A stretch of 64,000 bases of DNA from Candidatus Cloacimonadales bacterium. Its GTDB lineage: Bacteria > Cloacimonadota > Cloacimonadia > Cloacimonadales > DAONDQ01. The position numbers and the translations under genes were made by a program. The notes below the pieces were generated by a model that was not told the DNA's origin, did no database searches, and was given only the letters and a program-made list of their open reading frames with translations. This document shows positions 1 to 9,300 of this stretch, piece by piece. Position 1 is the stretch's first letter. Every line of letters begins with the position of its first letter. The stretch lies in contig OY759316.1 in NCBI GenBank assembly GCA_963662275.1, positions 3,968,001-4,032,000 of the forward strand. The letters are read 5' to 3'.

Positions 1-70
1 TGTGCTGCTGATGGCAAATGAACACAAAATACTGGCTCGTATATGGCAGAAGGTAATAGGTATTAGGTAA
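1..70 (+). CDS. probable 3' end of an upstream gene (partial)
   Basis: Frame 2 is open from the window edge (VLLMANEHKILARIWQKVIGIR*) and stops at TAA 68-70 inside a heptamer repeat. Too short to assign. Confidence 0.3.
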   Translation, partial: VLLMANEHKILARIWQKVIGIR

Positions 71-80
71 TAGGTAATAG
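51..80. repeat. heptamer tandem repeat (AGGTAAT)n
   Basis: aggtaat-aggtatt-aggtaat-aggtaat. Related heptamers at ~561-587 (reverse) and ~63310-63340. Confidence 0.75.
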
Positions 81-262
81 ACCAGAACAGTGTAGGGATT
101 CATGGCAATAAATCCGTTCTTCTCTGCCAATCTTCCATTTTCAATATTCCATTCAGCTAACTCTGCATCTGCATTTCAAGCATTCGCACTTCGTACTTCG
201 AACTTCCAAATAAGTCTCATGGAAGATAAAAAATACATAAAAGAAACAAAAACTAAAGAAAA

Positions 263-370
263 TCTAAGGAAAATCTAAAAAAGTCTAGATGATCCCTAGA
301 TGATGCCTAGATAATCCCTAGATGAAACCCAGCTCAAAAAGAAAGTGCGAAGTGCGAGGTTCGAAGTCCG
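263..370 (+). repeat. ~110-bp repeat (11-mer CTAGATGATCC array + GTGCGAA heptamers), with an inverted copy at 61425-61530
   Basis: ctagatgatcc/ctagatgatgc/ctagataatcc/ctagatgaaac, then caaaaagaaagtgcgaagtgcgaggttcgaagtc. Aligns by eye with the reverse complement of 61425-61530. Confidence 0.85.
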
Positions 371-425
371 AAATTCCGGAGTTGTGGAGTAAGACGCCGA
401 TCTTACTGAATCTGCTCTTCTCTTG

Positions 426-458
426 TTCGCACTTCGCACTTCGAACTTCGAACTTCGA
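426..458. repeat. heptamer tandem repeat (CTTCGAA/CTTCGCA)n, dispersed family
   Basis: ttcgcacttcgcacttcgaacttcgaacttcga. Same family at ~184-206, 344-372 (reverse), 1077-1110, 50545-50576 and 61427-61451. Confidence 0.85.
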
Positions 459-513
459 GATGAGGGAGCTAGTTCTGTTCTTCTCTTCATCCCCTTGGGA
501 AGGAGTAGGTGAA

Positions 514-545
514 ATCCCCCCTTGGGAAGGGGGGTAGGGGGGTCT
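514..545. repeat. REP-like hairpin CCCCCCTTGGGAAGGGGGGTAGGGGGGTCT
   Basis: Near-identical copies at 1146-1177 and, inverted, at 61841-61872. Confidence 0.85.
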
Positions 546-608
546 CTTCTCTGGATCTGGCACCTAATACCTAGCACCTAAAACCTATAACGACGAAGGA
601 GTTATATC

Positions 609-1067
609 ATGAAACCTTTATTTAGACATTCCGTCCGCGGTTTTAAAGGCATTAACCGAAAAGAAGATCTTGTCTATTGCGAATATAACAATGGCGAATT
701 GATCTTAGCCAGGACATTGCCGAAAAGAAAACCTACAACCCAAAACGTGGAAATGGGTAAGATCACCAGAAACCTGCATAAGCTGTATGAATCTGTTTCC
801 GCAGAATACAAACGAGACCTTGCCACTTATGCCCTGCTGCTTCAAAGTAAACACCCAACAAAAGGTAAAATTGCGATCAGGGCTTATGGTCTGTTTTCGA
901 AAATGCTGTGGACTTTGAAGAAACAACAACCGGAAATTGATTTACTGACGATAACAAGACAGGAAATCATAACTTATCAGTATCCTGTTCGATCTGTAAT
1001 GGAGGCAATGCAAGAAGAATTGTTGTTGGAAATCGAAGAGGCGAATATGCTTACGCATGAAATCTGA
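609..1067 (+). CDS. hypothetical protein (152 aa, basic N-terminal half)
   Basis: ATG preceded by AAGGAG. Clean ORF between repeat mosaics. No motif recognised. Confidence 0.75.
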   Translation: MKPLFRHSVRGFKGINRKEDLVYCEYNNGELILARTLPKRKPTTQNVEMGKITRNLHKLYESVSAEYKRDLATYALLLQSKHPTKGKIAIRAYGLFSKMLWTLKKQQPEIDLLTITRQEIITYQYPVRSVMEAMQEELLLEIEEANMLTHEI

Positions 1068-1324
1068 ATTGCACTGCTTCGTACATCGAACTTCGAACTT
1101 CGGACTTCGAAATGGGGCAATGATGCTGACAAACGAGATATGAAAATCCCCCCTTGAGAAGGGGGGTAGGGGGGTCTATTTTGTGAACTGTTACCTGTGA
1201 GCTGTACGCTGTAAGCTTCTGTCAGAATATCCGATAATTACTGTTGTAGAAGCGATGCAATCCGGATTACTGGTAGAAATTGAAGAAGCGAATATGCTAA
1301 ATCATCAGATGTAAGCAATGCAAA

Positions 1325-1352
1325 GTAGGGATAGACCCGTGTGTCTATCCCT
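1325..1352 (+). repeat. GTAG-type REP hairpin
   Basis: gtag-ggatagac-ccgtgt-gtctatcc-ct: GTAG foot followed by a stem-loop. Confidence 0.7.
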
Positions 1353-1364
1353 CTTTTCTTATCT

Positions 1365-1430
1365 ATTTCTCCCTTTAGATAAAGGGAGATGTCACGGCAT
1401 GACAGAGAGTTTGATGCTCTGCTCTTCTCT
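1365..1430 (+). repeat. dispersed ~65-bp hairpin repeat (ATTTCTCCCTTT..AAAGGGAGATG..ACAGAGAGTTTGAT)
   Basis: Same-orientation copies at 45912-45972 and 50359-50424. Confidence 0.85.
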
Positions 1431-1483
1431 GGCAATTTTAACTATCTATTTTCCCTTCTGAAAACTCATGAATATAAATTTTC

Positions 1484-1511
1484 TTGACTATCATTATTAT
1501 ATAAATATTAT
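1484..1511 (+). promoter_or_regulatory. putative sigma70-type promoter of the Ntn-hydrolase operon
   Basis: TTGACT (1484-1489), 16 bp spacer, TATTAT (1506-1511), ~65 bp upstream of ATG 1577. Confidence 0.4.
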
Positions 1512-1576
1512 TTGATATTTTGATTCGTTGGAATTGAGGCTTTATAATTATTTAGTATATTTTGGAGGGAAGTTTT

Positions 1577-2869
1577 ATGACTGCTATTATTGGAATCATG
1601 AACAAACGGGCAATTGCTATTGCAGCAGATAGTGCTGTTTATGTTAATTCTGCTGAAGGTCACAAAATATATAATACTGCCAATAAAATATTTACATTAT
1701 CCAAGCATCATCCAATTGCAGTTATGATTTATAACTCTTCTGATTTGATGACGATTCCCTGGGAAACAATCATTAAAATGTATCGAGATAAGATTGACTC
1801 TAACTCATATCCTAAGTTAAGTGATTACAAAGATGATTTCATAAATTATGTAAAAGAAAACTATGTTACCAACAACTTGTTGATATCTAATGAAAAACAA
1901 AAAAATATGCAGTTACAGAATCTTCAGAGTTTTTCACCAAGAATTCTGACTCAAATGGCAGGACATAGTTTAGAAGATTTTACAGAAGAAGAACTCACTA
2001 AATTTCTTAATGAGTTAGATCCTGGTATTCTTGAAAGTTATGTTAATGACCAAAAAGAACAAATTATCAATGATAATCTTATAATTCATGAGTTAGATGA
2101 TTATTCATTTGAACACTTTACAAACTACTTGTACAGTGATTTCAAAGCTTTTCTCTCACAATTCATGAGCGGAAATCCGAACATTGATAGAATTTCCTCT
2201 TTGTTATTAGAATTGTATTTTCTTTGTTATATCAAGATAGGAAATATCGAAAATCTTTGGACAGGTCTGGTATTTATCGGTTTTGGAAATGACGAAATAT
2301 ATCCTAGAATGTATGAATTGCTTATTGGTGAAGTTTTTGACTATAAATTAAGGTATTATGAAGGAAGAAGTGTAATCATTGATGATCAGTTTAATGGCGC
2401 TATCATGCCATTTGCCCAAAGAGACGTTATTGATAATATCATAACAGGAATTAATTCTGAGATTACTTCAGCTTATGCCAATACAATGTTCAGTGTTCTA
2501 AAAAGCTATAATCAAAAATTAATTGACGTTTTTAGTGAAGATCCAGAAATTACAAAAGAGATTTCAAGTCTGAATATCAGTGAGTGGGTAGATGTCTTTA
2601 ACAAAACAATGGGGGAATATATCGGGAACAAGTTCATTCTTCCTATTGTCAATGCGGTATCTACTTTATCAAAAGAAGATTTGGCAGAAATGGCAGAGAG
2701 TTTAATTAAATTAACTTATCTGCAGAGAAGAATGAGTTTTCATGAAGAAAGTGTGGGCGGACCAATAGATGTCGCTATAATATCTAAGGGTGATGGATTT
2801 GTTTGGATAAAAAGGAAACAGTATTTTGATCCCAAAATCAATCAGCACTTTATTAAGAATTATTTATAA
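1577..2869 (+). CDS. proteasome beta-subunit-like Ntn-hydrolase with large insertions (430 aa)
   Basis: ATG 1577 follows the RBS GGAGGG. After Met removal it has Thr1, Asp17 (AADS) and Lys36 (NKIF), matching the T1/D17/K33 triad of proteasome beta/HslV/Anbu. C-terminal SVGGPIDVAII motif. Confidence 0.75.
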   Translation: MTAIIGIMNKRAIAIAADSAVYVNSAEGHKIYNTANKIFTLSKHHPIAVMIYNSSDLMTIPWETIIKMYRDKIDSNSYPKLSDYKDDFINYVKENYVTNNLLISNEKQKNMQLQNLQSFSPRILTQMAGHSLEDFTEEELTKFLNELDPGILESYVNDQKEQIINDNLIIHELDDYSFEHFTNYLYSDFKAFLSQFMSGNPNIDRISSLLLELYFLCYIKIGNIENLWTGLVFIGFGNDEIYPRMYELLIGEVFDYKLRYYEGRSVIIDDQFNGAIMPFAQRDVIDNIITGINSEITSAYANTMFSVLKSYNQKLIDVFSEDPEITKEISSLNISEWVDVFNKTMGEYIGNKFILPIVNAVSTLSKEDLAEMAESLIKLTYLQRRMSFHEESVGGPIDVAIISKGDGFVWIKRKQYFDPKINQHFIKNYL

Positions 2870-2881
2870 AAGGAGTATATC

Positions 2882-3061
2882 ATGTGGCCTCAAAGCAAAC
2901 CTACTGTTGATGATGAGAAACAGATTTGGCTAACAAAACTGATTTCTAAAAACAACAAAGACGAAATCACAGAAGAGACTACTCCCGAAGAGTTAGCCCA
3001 AATAATAAGCAAAAGGATTATGGCGATTATTGATCGTCAATTAGCAAACGCAAAAAACTAA
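2882..3061 (+). CDS. small hypothetical protein (59 aa), not in the ORF track
   Basis: AAGGAG RBS at 2870-2875, ATG 2882, MWPQSKPTVDDEKQIWLTKLISKNNKDEITEETTPEELAQIISKRIMAIIDRQLANAKN*. Starts 12 bp after the previous stop and is followed directly by a terminator. Confidence 0.75.
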   Translation: MWPQSKPTVDDEKQIWLTKLISKNNKDEITEETTPEELAQIISKRIMAIIDRQLANAKN

Positions 3062-3068
3062 TAACCTT

Positions 3069-3116
3069 ACATAAAAAATCCTTCACGAAAAGTGAAGGAT
3101 TTTTTTATGTTTTTTT
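3069..3116 (+). terminator. intrinsic terminator, possibly bidirectional
   Basis: acataaaaaatccttcac-gaaaa-gtgaaggatttttttatgt followed by a T-run. Confidence 0.85.
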
Positions 3117-3254
3117 CTCTGCTAATTCGGAAGCCTACAAGCTTCTGCCATAAATGTTCTCTTTATTCATTCCAGTTTGAGAGGGTAGATGGCAAGAAAT
3201 GATGGATAAGTTACTTTTAACTTTTTCGAATAGAGCTTTTTCCATCTACAATCC

Positions 3255-3304
3255 TGTCATTCCCGACCATGTCATTCCCGACCTGATCGAGAATCGGGAA
3301 TCCA
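3255..3304. repeat. GTCATTCCCGAC..CGGGAATCC palindromic repeat (RPE/dRS3-like)
   Basis: Left arm tgtcattcccgacc is duplicated. Related copy at 63408-63435 (tgtcatcctcgacctgatcggggatcca). Confidence 0.7.
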
Positions 3305-3519
3305 TATCAATTAAACAGTGATAGGAACATGCTGCTTGGGATTTTATTAAATCTGATTCCTAAAGGTAGCCTCATGTTTTATCATTGACAGATAATGTTT
3401 GCTCAAATAGATGAATTATTGAAAGAGTTTCCATCCCGATACAGCTAACGAAAGAATACAAAGACATCTTATAATACCTGATTGAAGCGTTTGAATCTAC
3501 TTTTGAAAGGAAGTCATAA

Positions 3520-5079
3520 ATGACAAAAGAACAAGAAAGAGATGAGTTACACCGCGCTATATGGCAGATTGCCACGGATTTACGGGGCAGCGTTGACGGA
3601 TGGGATTTCAAATCCTATGTGCTGGGTATGTTATTTTACAGATTTATTTCAGAGAACCTGACTCTATTTTTAAACAAGGAAGAACAGCGTACAGGAAACA
3701 AAGACTTTAATTATGCTGAATTATCTGACAAGGAAGCCGAGTTTGGCAGGGCTGATACGGTAAAAGAAAAAGGCTTTTATGTCCTCCCCTCCGAGCTGTT
3801 TTTTAATGTTCGCAAAAACGCAAAGAACGATGCTGATCTGAATGAAACACTGAGTAGGATTTTTACCAACATTGAAAACTCCGCTAAAGGGACCGAGAGC
3901 GAAAATGATTTGAAGGGTTTGTTTGATGATATAGACCTTAACAGCAACAAATTGGGAGCCACTGTACAAAAAAGAAATGAAAAGCTGGTAAAGATATTGG
4001 ATGCCATTGGTGGACTAAATCTGGGTGATTATCAGGATAATACGAATGATACTTTCGGTGATGCCTACGAATTTCTGATGACCATGTATGCCAGTAATGC
4101 CGGTAAATCAGGGGGAGAATTCTTTACGCCCCAGGAAGTTTCCGAATTACTCGCTGAAATGGCAGTAGTCGGCAAAAAAGAAGTCAATAAGGTCTATGAC
4201 CCTGCCTGCGGTTCCGGTTCACTACTGCTCAAATTTGCTAAAGTACTGGGCAAAGAAAATGTCCGTCAGGGATTTTATGGACAAGAGATAAATCTTTCCA
4301 CCTACAATCTGTGCCGCATCAATATGTTTCTGCACGATGTCAACTTTGAGAAGTTCGATATCGCTCATGGTGATACTTTAATGGATCCTAAACACTGGGA
4401 TGATGAGCCGTTTGATGCCATTGTTTCCAATCCTCCCTACTCCATCCACTGGGATGGAGATGCCAACCCCTTATTGATAAATGATCCCCGTTTTTCACCT
4501 GCAGGAGTGCTTGCTCCCAAAAGCAAAGCCGACCTTGCTTTTACCATGCACATGCTTTCCTGGCTTTCGACATCCGGCACTGCGGCTATTGTTGAATTCC
4601 CTGGAGTTTTGTATCGTGGTGGGGCTGAACAGAAGATTCGCAAATACCTAATCGACAACAATTACATTGATACGGTTATTCAACTCCCGCCTGATTTGTT
4701 CTTTGGAACTACCATTGCCACCTGTATTATCGTGATTAAAAAGAGCAAAAAAGACAATGCCACCCTGTTTATTGATGCCTCTGCCGAGTTTGTACGGGGA
4801 GGCAACAAAAACAAGCTTTCTGAAGCCAACCGCAAACGTATCCTGAATGCCTTTATTCAGCGTCAAGACGAAGACTACTTTACCAGGCTGGTTCCCAATA
4901 GCGAGATTGCAGAGAATGAGTACAATATCGCAGTAAGCTCTTTTGTAATTCGGGAAGATACAAGTGAGGATGTCGATATAGAACAGCTCAATGCCCATAT
5001 TGCAGAGATTGTGATTAGACAGAACCATCTGCGCACTGCTATTGATGAGATAGTAGCTGATTTGGAAGGTACTGTATGA
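3520..5079 (+). CDS. hsdM: type I restriction-modification methyltransferase subunit M
   Basis: GEFFTP, DPACGSG (motif I) and NPPY (motif IV); LRGSVDGWDFK N-terminus typical of EcoR124I-like HsdM. Confidence 0.97.
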   Translation: MTKEQERDELHRAIWQIATDLRGSVDGWDFKSYVLGMLFYRFISENLTLFLNKEEQRTGNKDFNYAELSDKEAEFGRADTVKEKGFYVLPSELFFNVRKNAKNDADLNETLSRIFTNIENSAKGTESENDLKGLFDDIDLNSNKLGATVQKRNEKLVKILDAIGGLNLGDYQDNTNDTFGDAYEFLMTMYASNAGKSGGEFFTPQEVSELLAEMAVVGKKEVNKVYDPACGSGSLLLKFAKVLGKENVRQGFYGQEINLSTYNLCRINMFLHDVNFEKFDIAHGDTLMDPKHWDDEPFDAIVSNPPYSIHWDGDANPLLINDPRFSPAGVLAPKSKADLAFTMHMLSWLSTSGTAAIVEFPGVLYRGGAEQKIRKYLIDNNYIDTVIQLPPDLFFGTTIATCIIVIKKSKKDNATLFIDASAEFVRGGNKNKLSEANRKRILNAFIQRQDEDYFTRLVPNSEIAENEYNIAVSSFVIREDTSEDVDIEQLNAHIAEIVIRQNHLRTAIDEIVADLEGTV

Positions 5080-5101
5080 TTACTTTCAAAGAGATAGCGT
5101 T

Positions 5102-6331
5102 ATGAACACGATAGATGGATTGATACAAGAACTATGTCCAGATGGAGTGGAGTGGAATACTCTGGGGGAGGCATGTCAATATATTTCAGCTGGAGGAGAT
5201 TTACCCAATAATTATAAAAAAGGTCAGACAATTCCTTCAGCAGACTTTCCATATCCAATTTTTTCGAATGGCACAGAAAAAAATGCTCTTTATGGTTATA
5301 CGGATAGCTTTAAGATTGATGCTGAAGCTGTAACTATTTCTGCACGTGGTACGATAGGATATCATACTGTACGTAATCCAAAATTTACACCAATCGTTCG
5401 ACTGATAACCTTGATCCCTAAGCAAGAGTATATTATTGCTAAGTACCTAAATTATGTTTTAGATATTACAATCATAGGCTCTTCTGGAGGAAGTATTCCT
5501 CAATTGACTGTGCCAAATGTTAAGAAAATCTCTATCCCCATCCCCCCTCTGCCTATTCAGCAGGAGATTGTCAGCATACTCGACAAGTTTACTAAGCTGG
5601 AGGCGGAGCTGGAGGCGGAGCTGGAGGCGGAGCTGGAGGCCCGCAAAAAACAGTATGAATTTTACCGTAATCAATTACTGACACCCGCTGATGTTGATGG
5701 CAAATGGTATTTGAATGGTAAAGACGTAATATGGGTTGAAATTGAAGAAGTTTTCCATCTACGAAATGGATATACTCCATCAAAAACAAGAAGTGATTTT
5801 TGGACAAACGGAAAGATCCCTTGGTTTCGATTAGAAGACATAAGAGAAAACGGAAGAATTTTGTCAGATTCTATACAGCATATTACTTCGGATGCTATTA
5901 AGGGAAAAGGACTATTCCCAGCTAATTCAATCATACTAACTACATCGGCAACAATAGGAGAGCATGCGCTAATTACAATGGCTTTTTTAGCGAATCAGAG
6001 ATTTACATGTATGTCAGTAAAACAAGCTTATTATTCAAAACTTAACGTGTTCTATATGCAATACTACATGTATGTTGTTGATGAGTGGTGTAAAAATAAT
6101 ATTAACGTATCAGGTTTTGCAAGCGTAGATATGGACAAATTTCGGAAACTAAAAATCCCTATCCCACCTCTTGACGAACAGGAGCGTATTGTAACCATAT
6201 TGGATAAATTCGATGCTTTGGTCAATGACATATCATTCGGTCTTCCTGCCGAAATAGAAGCCAGAAGAAAGCAATATGAGTACTATCGGAAAAAGCTGCT
6301 GACCTTCAAAAACATCTCAGATGTTTCATGA
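5102..6331 (+). CDS. hsdS: type I R-M specificity subunit S
   Basis: Two TRDs, each followed by IPIPPL..Q..IV.ILDKF; central LEAE repeat; CPDGVEW N-terminus. Confidence 0.96.
   Translation: MNTIDGLIQELCPDGVEWNTLGEACQYISAGGDLPNNYKKGQTIPSADFPYPIFSNGTEKNALYGYTDSFKIDAEAVTISARGTIGYHTVRNPKFTPIVRLITLIPKQEYIIAKYLNYVLDITIIGSSGGSIPQLTVPNVKKISIPIPPLPIQQEIVSILDKFTKLEAELEAELEAELEARKKQYEFYRNQLLTPADVDGKWYLNGKDVIWVEIEEVFHLRNGYTPSKTRSDFWTNGKIPWFRLEDIRENGRILSDSIQHITSDAIKGKGLFPANSIILTTSATIGEHALITMAFLANQRFTCMSVKQAYYSKLNVFYMQYYMYVVDEWCKNNINVSGFASVDMDKFRKLKIPIPPLDEQERIVTILDKFDALVNDISFGLPAEIEARRKQYEYYRKKLLTFKNISDVS
5595..5640 (+). repeat. in-frame 12-bp tandem repeat (AGCTGGAGGCGG x3.8) in the hsdS spacer helix
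   Basis: Perfect units at 5595, 5607 and 5619, partial unit at 5631. Encodes (LEAE)n. Confidence 0.95.
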
Positions 6332-6338
6332 GGTAAAG

Positions 6339-9300
6339 ATGAAATATGATATCATAGCTCAAAACCCGGAAAGTACTGTTGTCGCAGAATACAATTCACC
6401 TTCTATACGAGAGACAGCTTACCAATCTGAAGCTGACTTGGAAAAGGATTTTGTTCAATTGTTAAAGGCACAGGCTTATGAATATCTGCCAATCACTTCT
6501 GAAAGTGGGCTGATTGCCAATCTGCGAAAACAACTGGAAATCCTAAACAACTACTCTTTTTCTGATAAAGAATGGAAACAATTGTTCGAAACCAAAATTG
6601 CCAACCTTAACAATGGCATTGAAGAAAAAACCACGATCCTTCAAGAGGACTTTATCCAGTTATTAACCTGTGACAATGGGGTAACGAAAAACATCTATTT
6701 ACTGGATAAAGCTAATATTCATAATAACCGTTTGCAGGTGATTAATCAATATTCTGTTGATGGCGGTCAGCGTGCCAACCGCTATGATGCTACGATATTG
6801 GTAAACGGTATTCCTATGGTTCACCTGGAGCTTAAAAAACGAGGTGTGGATATAAAAGAGGCGTTTAACCAGATCAACCGTTATAATCGCGAATCCTTCT
6901 GGGCAGGGAGTGGACTCTTTGAGTATATCCAGATATTTGTTATTTCTAACGGCACTCATACCAAATATTACAGTAATACAACCCGATTCACTCATATAAA
7001 AGAACAAAGTGACGGAAAAGTAAAAAAGGGGAAGCGCACAAGCAACAGCTTTGAGTTTACTTCCTGGTGGGCTGATGGCAATAATAAACCTATCACAGAT
7101 TTGATGGATTTTGGAAGAACTTTTTTTGCCAAACATACCTTGTTAAACCTGCTGACGAAATATTGTGTTTTTACTTCTGATAAACTACTGCTTGCCATGC
7201 GTCCCTACCAAATTGTGGCAACTGAGCGTATCTTGAGAAGAATTGAAATTGCACATAATTATAAACAATACGGTAATGTTGATGGTGGCGGATATATCTG
7301 GCATACAACAGGCAGCGGAAAGACACTGACTTCCTTTAAAACTGCTCAGATTGCATGCAAACTGCCATATATAGATAAGGTGCTGTTTGTAGTTGATAGA
7401 AAAGACCTTGATTATCAGACAATGTTAGAATATGATAAATTTGAGAAAGGAGCTGCGAATAGTAATACAAGTACTGCAATATTAAAAAAACAGCTTGAAG
7501 ATATCAACGCCAAGATCATCATTACCACGATACAGAAGCTATCTGTCCTGATAAAAAAAGAAAAATATCATCCTGTCTATAATCAGCATGTAGTGATTAT
7601 CTTTGATGAGTGCCATCGTTCCCAGTTTGGTGATATGCACAATGCAATTACAAAGAGCTTTAAGAAATATCATCTGTTTGGATTTACAGGCACTCCCATA
7701 TTTGCAGTTAATGCAAGTAGAAACTTGAATTCTCAATTATGTACAACAGAACAAGCATTTGGTGAAAAGCTTCATACTTATACCATCGTAGATGCCATTA
7801 TGGATAAGAACGTTCTTCCCTTCCGTATAGATTATATCAGCACAATGAAGGAGCAGGAAGATATTGCCGACACTAAAGTATGGGACATTGATAGAGAAAG
7901 AGCACTGGCAGCCCCTGCACGTGTAACTAACATCGTGAAGTATATTCTTGAACATTTTGATCAGAAGACCAAACGGAATAGCTATTATCAGCTCAAGGAA
8001 AGACGTTTGGCGGGCTTCAATGCTATCTTTGCCACAGCATCGATTGACATTGCGAAGAAATACTATTCCGAATTTCAAAAACAGATGACTGGATTACCAA
8101 GCGATAAACAATTAAAAATTGCCACAATTTACAGCTTTGGAGTCAATGAAGACGAGGTAGAGATAGAGGGTATAATCGAGGATGAAAACCTGGAGGATAC
8201 AAGCAGATTGGATAAAAGCTCAAGGGATTTCCTGGAATCTGCAATAGAGGACTATAATAAACTCTTCAGAACAAACTTCGATACTTCCAGCGATAAGTTT
8301 CAAAACTATTATAAAGATGTCTCCCAAAGAGTAAAAGACCGTGAAATTGACTTGCTTCTAGTCGTAAATATGTTCCTTACAGGTTTTGATGCTACAACAC
8401 TCAATACACTCTGGGTGGATAAGAATCTACGTTTACATGGTCTTTTACAGGCATATTCACGTACAAACCGTATTCTCAATACGATCAAAACCTTCGGGAA
8501 TATCGTATGTTTCCGAAATTTAGAGAAAGCAACCAATGAGAGTATAGCCCTATTTGGAGATAAGGAAGCAAGTGGGATAGTCCTGCTTAAGACCTTTGAT
8601 GAATACTACCATGGATATCATTCTGGAGAGAAAACAATACCCGGCTATGTGGAATTAGTGGGTGAACTGCTGGAAAAATATCCCGTTGGAGCAAGAATCA
8701 TCGGTGAACAGAATCAAAAGGATTTTATCAAACTGTATGGTACTATCTTGAAATTACGCAATATCCTTTCATCTTTTGATGAGTTTATCGGACTTGAAAT
8801 CCTGACGGAAAGAGATGTCCAGGACTATCATAGCATGTATATCGATCTCTACAATGAATTCCGAGGAAAGAACAAAGGCGATGCAGAAAACGTAAATGAC
8901 GACATTGTGTTTGAAATGGAATTGATCAAGCAAGTAGAGATAAACATTGATTACATTTTAATGCTGATCAAGAAATATCATGAAGGACACCAAAAGAATA
9001 AAGAGATAGTAATCAGTATAAACAAAGCAATTGATTCCAGCGTAGAATTACGTAACAAAAAAGACCTAATAGACCTATTCATAGCCAGCTTAAATCCCTC
9101 AACAGATGTGGATAAAGATTGGCATGAATTTGTAGAAGCAAAAAAAATAGAGGAATTGAATAAAATAATAGAAGATGAGAACCTAGACAAAGAAGAAACA
9201 TATAAATTCATCGCAAATGCATTCAGAGATGGATTCGTACAAGAATCAGGCACTGCAATCACAAAGGTCTTACCTCCTATTTCTAAATTCACACCAACTG

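Noticed and set aside
296..577. ORFs 296-577, 318-563 and 322-537 (also 50369-50737, 50373-50577, 61704-61937, 45787-45987)
   Set aside because: They are translations of heptamer and hairpin repeats (SKFEVRS, PPLPKGG) with no convincing RBS.
2882..3061. 59-aa protein as a Pup/ubiquitin-like tag for the proteasome-like gene
   Set aside because: It lacks the C-terminal GGE/GGQ or GG (ends NAKN), and no PafA/Dop/E1 gene is nearby.
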